DNA from: Takakia lepidozioides
Lineage: Eukaryota > Plantae > Bryophyta
Direction: 5' to 3'
Length of the DNA: 64,000 nt
Assembly (NCBI GenBank): GCA_030704615.1
Contig: CM060732.1
Span: forward strand, 26,102,001-26,166,000
Position 1 is the first letter of the stretch; each line of letters opens with the position of its first letter. A program made the translations under genes and the position numbers. Below are positions 39,701 through 49,870 of this stretch, one piece after another. Under the pieces are notes generated by a model. The model had not been told where the DNA came from and made no database searches. It worked only from the letters and a program-made list of their open reading frames with translations.

Positions 39701-42700
39701 ACATCTCAGAACACACCCAGTTGTAGTGGTGCTCAATTATACAAATTTACGAAGGCTGTGTCCCAGGATGGTCTTCAGATCCAAATTGAATTGTACCAAA
39801 AACTAGTAATATGGAAACCAACTTTCAAGAGAGTCAGAATGGCAACAAAACAGGAATAGCAATCCTGAGCCAAAGCGTGACATACTCCTAGTCAAGTAAT
39901 TGCGGCCCCTTCTCAAACCACCACCATATGCTACTGCTCTTTAGTTGATTTGCCAAAACTCAGGCACTGAGCCCAAGGGCATGCAGATCACCGAATGTAA
40001 TCAGTTGTTGAAGCAATAGACAAAGGCCAGAGACAGAGCAAAGAATAGATAAGATCATAAACCTTGGCCAACATCAACGCCTTCTCGTCAATGGGGTCCT
40101 CTACTGGCTCCTCGATTGGGGGAAGAGGAACAGGGAGGACAGCTCCTCTAATGAAGAGATTTTTCCACTCCCGCCATTCATTTTTGGAAAGAGCTGTAGA
40201 CATGTCCTCTTGATATTCGCTACTGCACTCCGCCATACTTACAATCTGTTCAAAGGTCACCAAGTACCCCGCCCAAGCGAAACACCCCAGTTATGGTCAT
40301 GTGAAATAAGAAGTCTATCCATACTCTGAGAACAGCCAAACAAATGTACACGAGAGCACTCAAACTAGTGAAGAAAGGGACCTGGAGAAGTATATCCATG
40401 CACATACTGTAGTGCTTGGCCCTCCTTTTATTTGATATTTCCCCCTTGTCTTTCTGCATCATGACATGGACATCTCAGATCACAGATACTCATCAAAAGA
40501 GAATTAGGCATACTGTTCTGTTAGAGAGGCAAATTACAAAGAGATGAGCATCCAACAGATGGCCTATGGCACAAGGGCACAAGGCCGCCTTACAAGTGGT
40601 CATGGGCTCAAAGGCACATAGGTGTATGTTGGATGCCACCCATTGTAGACAACCCAGCCATAAAAGGGGGGTCATTGGGTCAACCGGTAACCTATTGTGC
40701 GGGTACATGGGGACTTTCAAGAGTCCTTCAGGAGGTTTGGGCAACCATTAGAAGGTGTCCACCTTCCAAACGGAAGGCAGTAGCCCTTCGGGGTGAAGTG
40801 ACACCATAATACACACTTGCTTCGGCAAGAGTCAACCCTTTTAGAAAGAGATGAGGACAAAGAGAAGGAGAAACACAGGACAAAAAGGGGCTGAAAGAGG
40901 GAAGGTGAGTAAGAAGCTGGACAGGGACAGACTAAAAGCCATCTGATCAGCCACCACAAAGTCATGTGATCCAACTCTTGCCTCATGGGAAGCCTAGAGC
41001 AATCAAATATCGGAGGTTAATGGGTTTAGATGGAGGTCTCTCCCCCTCCCCTCACACAACAACGACAACATGATACCAAAAAATATCCTAAAAATTTTCA
41101 AGCTCCGTAACCAGGGTGCTGCTATTGCATTCTGATGTATGACGCAGTCCACGGACAGTCCAGAGGGGTATTTTCACATCATATTGGTTCAGGTGTGTGG
41201 GATCGCCAGGGAGAAGAGGGTGCCTGCCACAGGTCGTATTCTTCATTGACTTTGTCAGCAAAGTCCTGACGTTGCATGGAGAAGAGCTCGTGATCCTGGG
41301 AACGAATGATCTCCCATTCAGCGGCTCTCTGTGCCTCAATCTGCTGCTCCAGCAGCAACCTTCTCTCAAGGGTATCCTTTTGTTCTTCTTCAAATGCTCT
41401 CAGATCTTCAGCAGCCTTGAGTACCTCTGGACCATTGACCCGCAACCATTCATCTTCCTCAGCCTTTTTCTTGGCTTCCTCTTCATCTTTCAATCGCTGC
41501 TGATCCAGTTGCTCATTAATCTCCTTCATAAGAAGACAGATCAAATCATTCCCTAAACTCATAGGACCTCTATTTTCCTTGTCCTGTTTTAATTACAAAT
41601 GAACCGTCAAGGCTGGTTGGGGGTTCTCTGGAGGGTCAAATATGGTAAGAATCTGTGCTGTCACAGGTTCTTGAGGACATCTTCCAGAATTTTGATGTGC
41701 CACTGATGCCCGGTTGTGTTAATACCCAAACATATACCACAAACACCTTTCTGGGCCCAAAATTGAATCTCTCATGGTTGTTGTTTGGATAATGTCCACG
41801 TATGATTTGAAGAGGCAATTTTGCTAGTTTGTTGACTGGGGTTTAGGATTAAAGGCAGGGCAACATTATGCTCAGTGCAGGTAACCCCTGCCTGGGTGCT
41901 AGTGAAAGTGAGAAGGTTAAATAAGCATATTTACAAGTGTCATTAGCCTCAAAATCTCTAGGTCGTGATTGATCTGTGCACCTGTCTTTGTTTTTGCTCC
42001 AATTCTAACTTGTCAGCTCTCTCTTTCAGATTGCGAGCCTTCACTGCCTCCATGTAGGCATGCGCATGCTGCAGCGCAAAACTGTGAAGAAGTCAAATGG
42101 GCTCGGGAAATATCAGACATAATGCACATTCATGTAGAAACTGTAGCATACTTGGTGATTTCATAACCACATACACACACAGAGCTCCTCTCTCTCCCTC
42201 ACCGCGACAATATGTCCAGGCTCCACATTGCAGAAGTGGAAACACAGCACACTTTTACTTTCTCCTGTCAGGCATACTACAAGATCTCATTTTATTTCAT
42301 TTCTCTGGAAACATAGTAATTCTGTAGGAGCTCGCTGAGATACAAAGCACTTGTGTACCTGTTCCATTGCCTCTGGATCAAGAGCCTTTGGCTCTTCTAT
42401 CTTGTGTGAAAGTCTCTTGCTTGGTTTAGCCTCTTTTTTGGGTGATGCTTTCTTGGCATCCTTTTTACCCACAGGTGGAGCAACAACAACAACCTCCTCA
42501 GCACCGAGTTCATAGCCCTTGCTTTCAAATGCCTCGATCTCTTTCTGGGCGACCAGACTCTCTGCTTCGTCAAAATGCGTTATAGTACTTTGCTGCGCCC
42601 AAGCAAAGTTTGTTTGAAACTCTTTCTATTATCTTTGGTTGTTTCACAGGGGAGAATGTTCACACCGCTGTACTGTATTAATTGGAAGAGGGAAAGCAGC

Positions 42701-45700
42701 AATATACCAAATATATTCCCAACTTTGGCGACCTACCACCCACAAACAGAAGATGGCCAGCCTAGACTCCACTGATTGAAGGAAAACAAACAGGCAAATT
42801 TAGCACAGCGAGTCCAAAAAATACTGTTGAAGAACTAATAGTGCCAGAACAAGGACAGACCCTGCCAACAAAGTCGCAGAGCAGTCCAAGACTAACCCAG
42901 GCCAGTCAGCTACTACTTTGCAGATGAAACTAGAGATCTGTGGCCATAAGCTAGAAAAAGAACCAGTCTGAGGAATACATCTCTCCTACGTACACTTTGA
43001 GCATTAGCAAGCATCTCGTTACTGTACATAAGAGTGACCCATATCAAGGCTCCAGGCAAACTAATGTAGAGTGAGGACAATTGCTGCAGATCACTCATTT
43101 CAGAATAGGAACACATCATATTAGTTGTGGAAAGGCCAAGCTACGGTGGAGCATGCCATAGTTTGCACAAGATCAATAGAAAAACCTCCAAAAACTGCTC
43201 AGCATAAGAACAGTGGAGAGTAGCTGAACACACCATTTTGACAGCAGAGGCATCAGTAACAAATTCCAGACCCAGTATATGATGCCAAGAAGCCTGCACC
43301 CAGCATGTCCCAGGTCTGATGCTAACTCTGTAATTGAGGAGGATTGACAGAAATTCACCTTATAAGTAACTGGGAACATGTACAATGGTTGGAACTCGGG
43401 ACAAACCATCTCCCATATGTGCTTTCCCATTTCTTCATGTACATTATCAAGGATTTCAAGAATCTCACACCCAGCATCAAACTACATTTGCTGAAATTCA
43501 TAGAGTTCCTCTCTTTCTTTGTCTCTCTCAAACACATGCCCAACACCAGATATCCTAAGTTAATCGACTCTATATCTTGGAAACAGGACCGCCCTGTCAA
43601 ACAGGCTAAGTCCTGGCAGAAGAGAGTAGAAGAGATCCTCAAGGACCTGGACCTGGATCCGCAAGTCTTGACCCTGCTGGATAAATCTGACTTAGAGGCT
43701 GTAGTGTCCTCAGCCATGTCTGTTGCCATGAGATTGTCTGATGAAAATGAAGTTAGGCAGAAAACTTCCCTGAACTTGTTTCCAGTCTGTGACGTGGGGG
43801 AGGACATCTTGGATGACCTCAAGGGTCTACCCACTCTCGGCACTAGACTGAAATTTAAACTCAGGGCAGGAAGCCTACCTTTGAACAGCAAACAGAAGCA
43901 GAGAGGAAAGGGAGAGTGCAATTGCCCGTTGTGTGGGCAATCTGAAGACAGTATTCATTTTCTGATACACTGTCCGGGGTTCTCTCACCAAAGAGACGCT
44001 CTCTTCAAATCTATTAAGGGAATTGTGCCTGTACCCCTGTTCACCAACTTTGAAAGTCTCGAGGCTGAGCCAAAAGCCCAGGCCCTCCTGAGGCCTAGTT
44101 TTTGGGCAAATCACACACAGCAGATTGATGCTTGTGTGAAGGGATTTCTAGAGGATATCTGGAAAACCCGGATTAATTCTTTATATGGAGGTAAGTCTTA
44201 CTACCAACGTCAGCCCCCGACAGAGGTAGGTTCTGTCCCTTTTGTTCCCGCTCAAACTGGGCGCGGGGTCAATGGCCACAAGGCTACGGCAAACAACGTC
44301 TTATGAGTACAATCTCTCAAACACATGCTACACAAGCACAAGCACTCGGAAGATAGACATAAAATGGGAAGTGAGACCACATTTAAGGGCAGGGAAGGTA
44401 CTAAGGGAACTTTTACTGCCACAGGGTACGAGCAAAAGGCAACAGAGAGGAGAGAAAGGCGTCACCCTCAAGGCTCTGTTCATCGCAATGGCATACTGCT
44501 CTCGCAACTTAGTCTCATGTGTTTTAGCATGAAATTTCTGCAATTCACCCCCAACTTTCAATCAAAGATCCTATCAGGTTTATCCGTTGGGATTTGGGCT
44601 TCATGCCAATTCAAAGGTTTAAAGCTACTGTCCACTTACATTTTCAATCCAAAATCATTGCCATGTGTTAGGAGATTTGGTAACGTGACTCTTGGGACAA
44701 TTTCAGGAGAACTGAAAGGTCCACAGAAGCCTTAATCTACAGGTCTCATCCACGAACCAAGCTTATCAACAAGTGCTGCCTGAAGCCCTGGTTAAAGTTC
44801 TTTACAATCTTCTAAAAACCACCTGCAATTTTAGTCGTTCAATCACCTAAGCAATATCATTGAGACACTGCAAACGCAAGAGGACCAAATTGGTACCTGC
44901 CATAGATCAAGAGTAACATGATGATTATGATGACAATAACCATGCTGAAATTTAGCATTTAGGGGAAGACTGTTGGTCTTGTGGTCTTCGGTAGGTTTTA
45001 CCATGGTTCTACATTTGAATGGAGGTACAGAACGCCCATCATCGACAACCACAGCATGGTGAGTGTGAATTTGACTATATGCATTTGTTCATAACCAACA
45101 ATTGAACCGAACATGTTGGCGTAAGAAAGCTTGTTCAAATATGCCATAAGAATGTCATTGTGATGTATCCCTCAGATTGTCCACTGCAACTGGTAAACTT
45201 CATGAAGAGGGAGACTAATAAGGGTTACAATGAATATCTGTGGGTTGAATGTAATTCACCTCGAAAACGAGATCTCTCTGCTGTTGCCGCAAGAAAATTG
45301 TCTCTTGCACTTTCTTTGCAAAGAACTCTCTTTGGGTGTTTTCCTGCAATGCCCAAAACACAATCAAATCCTTGTAACCTGTTGATCCTATGTGTCACTT
45401 ATTCCCTGTCTAAAGACAATCTGGGGTTCAACTACACAAAAAAAATTGCAGTCTACACTGTATCCTTTCAGTATATTCGATCTAATAAACTAGCACAGAT
45501 TTGTGGGGTCTAACCAGGCTCGTCTATTCAGAACAATATCTCCCCTAGCTAGTGATCATATAGCATTCTGGGAATTATGATTTTTTTCTTCGTAGTCAGT
45601 CATTGCTTCCATGTCTCCGTCTATCTTGGGTGTGCATCTTGAGTCTGTTACTCGAATTGAGCTGGAATAATGCTTTAGTTAGGTCGTGGTTGATCTTTGT

Positions 45701-45947
45701 TTTTTTCGTGGGCTATGCTAATCACAAGGCTTGGAATGTCTAATACTGGAAGAATGTGCTGAAGCTAATAGATCCATCTTCCTGTGGGCAATGGTGGTGC
45801 AGAAAGCAAGGGCGCAAATGATCAGACCTGGCGGGTCTTCTCATCAGAGAATCTTGTGAGGAGCGCATCTTCTATCAGCATCTTGGTGGTGCGCCGCGTC
45901 GCAAGATTATCCCCAGGTAGCTTCCACCACTTCTTTTTCTTCGACAT
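15736..45947 (-). CDS. SPEF2: Sperm flagellar protein 2-like (SPEF2/KPL2/CPC1-like), about 30 exons; 5' end uncertain
   Basis: In-frame exons include 45947-45828, ~45343-45260, ~44537-44466, 42592-42359, 42068-41982, 41583-~41224, ~40454-40382 (KHYSMCMDILLQ), ~40245-40062 (WREWKNLF), ~39683-39485 + 38690-~38592 (P-loop GVPYAGKTT), 34498-34438 (VPDDVIVQL), ~33117-32930 (GFVLDGFP), ~32665-32504 (lid DPKTGTVYH..NPP), ~28750-28682, 25939-~25818, ~20742-20571 (IDWRSFL), ~18447-18347, ~17686 (LLLYLC), stop at 15736. Order coiled-coil, adenylate-kinase-like, C-terminal domain matches SPEF2 as recalled. Confidence 0.85.
16193..16490 (-). mobile_element. Putative tRNA-derived SINE, copy 1
   Basis: Homologous to 38170-38416 and 40548-40837; GCATCCAACA...TGTTGGATGC head stem and GTGACACC...GAGTCAACC end. 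Confidence 0.65.
18741..19980 (-). mobile_element. RTEX-like LINE family 1, degenerate RT fragment
   Basis: Frameshifted homologue of 35400-36630 (YQYLGLVIHSPK, LCHPPTKKW, REDRLCPAC). Confidence 0.9.
22768..23930 (-). mobile_element. RTEX-like LINE family 2, internally deleted copy
   Basis: 22768-23253 matches the 3' end of 43540-44312 (..AACAACGTCTTATGAGTACA). 23375-23930 encodes linker-like peptides (VNWWTNEIK; PDELE..PISSSEI) also seen at ~26830. Confidence 0.8.
26540..28495. mobile_element. RTEX-like LINE family 2 copy with inverted 3' part
   Basis: Plus-strand RT remnants (VREGCTLFPLLFNVLIN, ALMFGD, TYLGI) to ~27585, then a minus-strand C-terminal part at 27601-28495. Confidence 0.8.
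29704..29723. repeat. (TTGA)5 microsatellite
   Basis: Read directly from the sequence. Confidence 0.9.
31630..32352 (-). mobile_element. RTEX-like LINE family 2, C-terminal fragment
   Basis: LIRPSLEYASE, WKQDRPVKQA and CPMCRRPEDNIHFLIQC match the 43540-44312 copy. Confidence 0.85.
33539..33563 (+). mobile_element. 25 bp 3'-end micro-insertion of LINE family 2
   Basis: AGCAAACAACGTCTTACGAGTACAT flanked by TCTTAAGAGTTTGTC (33524-33538) and TCTTAAAAGTTTGTC (33564-33578). Confidence 0.8.
35051..37380 (-). mobile_element. RTEX-like LINE family 1, 5'-truncated; RT, C-terminal zinc finger, 3' UTR and (CATTT)n tail
   Basis: QAGFR, FVDFHKAFDSV, GVKQGCPLSP, YAD(V), YLG; C-terminal RFRVGSHNLRIETGRW..RLCPAC..EEHFFFYCPLY; one stop at 36033 and one frameshift near 35420. 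Confidence 0.95.
38170..38416 (-). mobile_element. Putative tRNA-derived SINE, copy 2
   Basis: A-box-like TGGCACAGTGG and GGACT-TTCG-AGTCC hairpin; homologous to copies 1 and 3. Confidence 0.65.
40548..40837 (+). mobile_element. Putative tRNA-derived SINE, copy 3
   Basis: Head stem GCATCCAACA/TGTTGGATGC; hairpins CCC-TTCG-GGG (40784-40793) and CTTGC-TTCG-GCAAG (40816-40829). Confidence 0.65.
43540..44312 (+). mobile_element. RTEX-like LINE family 2, 5'-truncated young copy with 16 bp TSD
   Basis: Open frame with CPLCGQSEDSIHFLIHCP; perfect TSD TCTCTCAAACACATGC at 43524-43539 and 44313-44328. Confidence 0.92.
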
Positions 45948-47048
45948 GTGTCTCGCCGCCCTTAATTGGTTGACGCTTTGATTGTGAGTATGAAATCAAT
46001 TCAAGTGACAACTCTGACTTCTACTAATGAGTCAATGTTGGAGAAAAGCACACAGAAAAAGTTGGCGAGCCATAGCCAGATGCAATGATACAAACTGCAA
46101 TCTTCTCCACTCCATTCACTCACGGCGTTTTGTGCCCAATGATGTTTGCAAGTGGCTGATCTACACTAAATTGCAGTTTCTCCGACCACCACGACAGCAG
46201 TGCAATATGGCAGTTAGGGTTTCCAAGTCTGAGAAGAGAACTGTACAGTTATTACATATTTCTAAGCTTGTCAACTTCAAAATTTCAGATTCCTAAATTC
46301 AAATTCCTAAACTTGTTGGAATTGCCTGGTGCGGTAGTTCAGTTGGATTGTCTGCAGAGAGCTACTGAGGTAGTTAATGGGTTCAAACGTTCAAACTTCA
46401 AACGCTGGCTACACTCTCCTCCAGGTACAATGATCCTCCTCTGAACTCTGAAGCTGTAAAGCATGTGGCACAGGTTAATTTGGGGAACAAGATTGTGCAA
46501 TTCTTTGCTTTGGAGTGACATGCTAAAAACATTGCAGGAGACAACAGTATTTGTGTTGCCGTTTATGTCACAAAGATTACCTGTAGGACAACACTTGTTC
46601 CACTAGTTTAGATGTAGTGACGCCCATTAAAGCCACCAGGGTAGGAAGCTCTATGCTGTATCTGGAGATTCACATGGTCGCTTTTCACTGTTAATTGCAG
46701 TGATTGCCTCAATCTGGGATTCAAGTATCCAGTCATTTCCCCTGGACTTGATGGCAATATTTGTGCTAGCAGGGTGTGGTGTAAAATGACTTGCGGAGGA
46801 CATGAGGCCACACACTGGTCAAGTGTATGTTGGAGCCGTGGCAGTCAGAGGCTGAATGAGCCAGGAGTTTCTGATGTGAAACTTCTTGTGTGCTGTGTAT
46901 TGTAGTGGGGTAGTTGAAGGCGGAAGGAAGGTAGGGGTTTATGATCGAGTATGGAGTAGCTCGCTGCTTCCTGTCCATCTGTTCATAGGAGCCTCTATTT
47001 AGTATGTGGAGGTGGGAATGGTCATAGGCATTTCCATTTCATATTTCC

Positions 47049-47672
47049 TCAGTCGCAACTAGAAGAATGCCAGTGAGGGTAGAGTCTCAAACGAAGAGTA
47101 GAGACTGACACTGAATTTATAGGAAAAAAAGGATGCATGTCTTGTCTTATCTGTAGACCATATAACAGGTTTACCATGGTTCCAGCACCTCTGTTCACCA
47201 ACAAGCTTGCATTGCAAAATTCTCTAACAAACGCATAATCATCTCCAAATACAGGATGCAACAAAGGCACTGCTAGACCACCAGAGTAAGGTCGATCACA
47301 CCGATAGAGGGCTCCAACATCAACAAGAACTTCATTGTGCAACAGAACCCTAAACTGTACTTTGTCATTGGGTTGTGCTTGGATCAAATCACCTGAAGGA
47401 TGGGGGACGATCACTTGAATGGGACGAGAGAATTTTGCCTCTGAAAGGCTCGCCTTGAGCTCCTCAAGGGTTATTATATACGTTTGTTGATCTGCATGTC
47501 GAAAATAGACATTTGAATTTGGGAGGATAGGTTTATTCTTCAAATGACATTCGCTATCAAATAGATCTTCACACTGCTTCAAGATCTTGGGAGTCAGCAT
47601 GCGGGGTCCTACTAGTGCAGCCGAGTTGATTTTGCCATCTTCAAGGCTGTAATAAACCTCGATGGAGCCTCC
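47049..47672 (-). other. Unidentified ORF (~200 codons)
   Basis: Open frame with globular-looking composition; no motif recognised. Confidence 0.35.
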
Positions 47673-48103
47673 CTAACTACAAGAACAAGAAACAAAATAT
47701 GTCGTGGTTTCATTCCAAAACATTTAATCTGGCATGCTCTAAACTGCATGGTGGATGTTGGAAACAGAAAGCTAGACCAAGAAGAAGTCAGAGATTAGAA
47801 TGTTCCGGCGTAGTACTAGGAGCCTCTGTGTGGCTTTCGCGCTTTCTTTTCATGGCTTCAGTGGAAGTATCCACAGCTCCCTTGGAAAAAACAAGGCATG
47901 AAGCCGACAGTTATTAAATGGGGGAGGGTTCAGGCTGCAAATTGGGTAAGAAGGTGTGGCATGCCAGTTTCTAGGGCTCACACATGTCACAAGGCAACTT
48001 TCTAGAAGGTTCCACTGCCATGAGAGGGTATATAGACAAAGGGCCCCGTGCCTAGTACTTACTAAATTATCACTTACTAGTTAGTAAGTGGTGGGCTCTG
48101 CAG

Positions 48104-48990
48104 CCCGGGTTTGTATGAGGTGAGAAGATTCGACGATGGTCTAGAAATTAGACTCAACAGCCCAATTTAACGGGACCCAAAAAAACTTTATTACGGCTAA
48201 GAAGAAGGGTGCGCAAAACGAGACACCCGATTTATCTGGAGATTTGTTCGTGGATGGTCCTTGTGGGACCCACAACAGGAAACTTGAGGCACTTATTATG
48301 GCGGTCAACAGCAGCCGCCTAATCCAGGCTTCCAAAAATCTCCCTTGGCACAGCCGACTCCGACACCACCACTGCCATCTGTTCTGCACGGATCTGGAGA
48401 CTGATGTTCTGCCCGCTACATGGGGATTTTGAAAGCCATCACAAAGAAGAGGGGACCTGCTCAAGATGTGGGGAAAGCTCAACAGAATTCTCCAAAGCAA
48501 AGACGTCTGAAACCAAAAACATGAGACAAGAAAGCATGAAGCCAAAGCAAAAAATTTGTAAGCCAATGTCACGATCAGCATTGGAGGAGTAGATATCGAT
48601 CAGGACTGTTTTGGGAAATGGAACAATTCATACAAGATAGCTATGTGGCGGAAACTTTGTGCGCCTTAGAAAAAGGTAACACTCTCTTGCACCTACACAT
48701 TCAGATGGTTTGTCAGGTATACATTTCCAGCATTCAAATGCTTCACAAACCAATTAAAAAGAATTTGGGATGGTTAGATCCACATGTGGCGCCACATGGT
48801 CAATTCGTCCACTGCAAGTTGTTGAGGAATAGGGGACTCCGTACTTTTGTGGGCATGGTTGGATACTGTATGAAAGATGTCGATGAACCTCAGTTTCCGT
48901 TTGTCCATAAGGGCGTTACTGCTGATTAGATGCAACATGGTATGGATGAGTACATAAAATATGAAGACTCCGCATCAAAAAATAGGGTTT
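48104..48990 (+). mobile_element. Replitron-type HUH endonuclease (Rep) pseudogene, left arm
   Basis: Motif I-like NVTISIGGVDID, HUH motif LHLHIQ after CALEKG, catalytic GMVGYCMKD (YxxK), ending at KNRVCL; stops and frameshifts. Confidence 0.85.
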
Positions 48991-48996
48991 GTTTGT

Positions 48997-49870
48997 AGAG
49001 GCTTCATATTTTATGTACTCATCCATACCATGTTGCATTTGATCAGCAGTAACGCCCTTACAGACAAACGGAAACCGAGGTTCATCAACATCTTTCATAC
49101 AGTATCCAACCATGTTGACAAAAGTATGGAGTCCCCTATCCCTCAACAACTTGCAGTGGACGACATGACCAGGTGGCGCCATCGTGGATCTAACCATCCA
49201 AAATATATATATATCAGTTTATGAAACATTTGAATGCTGGAAGTGTAGACCTGACAAACCATCTGGACGTGGAGGTGTACTGCCACCTTTTCTTAAAGCG
49301 CACAAACCCGCCACACAGATATCTTGTATAAACTGTTCCGTTTTCCCCAAACAGTCCTAATCGATATTTACTCCTCCATTCATGTTGATCGTGATACTGA
49401 CTTGCAAAAAAATTTGCTTTCAAAGCTTCGTGTTTCTTGTCTTCTGTTTTTGGTTTCAGACGTCTTCGCTTCAAAGCATTCTGTTGTTTTCCTCTTATCC
49501 TGAGCAGGTCCCCTCTTCCTTTCGATGGCTTTCAGAATCCCCACGTAGCGGGCAGATTAACGTCAGTCTCTAGATCCATGCAGAACAGATGGTCGGGTGG
49601 TGGCGGTGTCAGCTATGCCAGATAAACTTCTGGAAGCCTAGTTACGGTACTGCTGCCAACTAGGTTTTTCTTTTGTAGGTCCCACAAGGACCATCCACAA
49701 ACAAATCTACCACAAACAAATCTCCCGATAAATCAGGTGTATGGTTTTGCGCACCCTTCTTCTTAGCCTTAATAATGGTTTTTCAATTCTGGGTCCCGAT
49801 AAATTGGGCTGTTTCTAATTTCTGGACCATCGTCGAATCTTCATACCTCACACCAAACATGGGGCCCTTT
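48997..49870 (-). mobile_element. Replitron-type HUH endonuclease pseudogene, right arm (inverted)
   Basis: Reverse-complement homologue of the left arm: QVSITI..GGVNID, HLHVQMVCQ, MVGYCMKD. Confidence 0.85.

Noticed and set aside
43344-43539. N-terminal part of the 320 aa ORF as genuine coding sequence
   Set aside because: Lies outside the TSD-defined LINE insertion; chance open frame in flanking DNA
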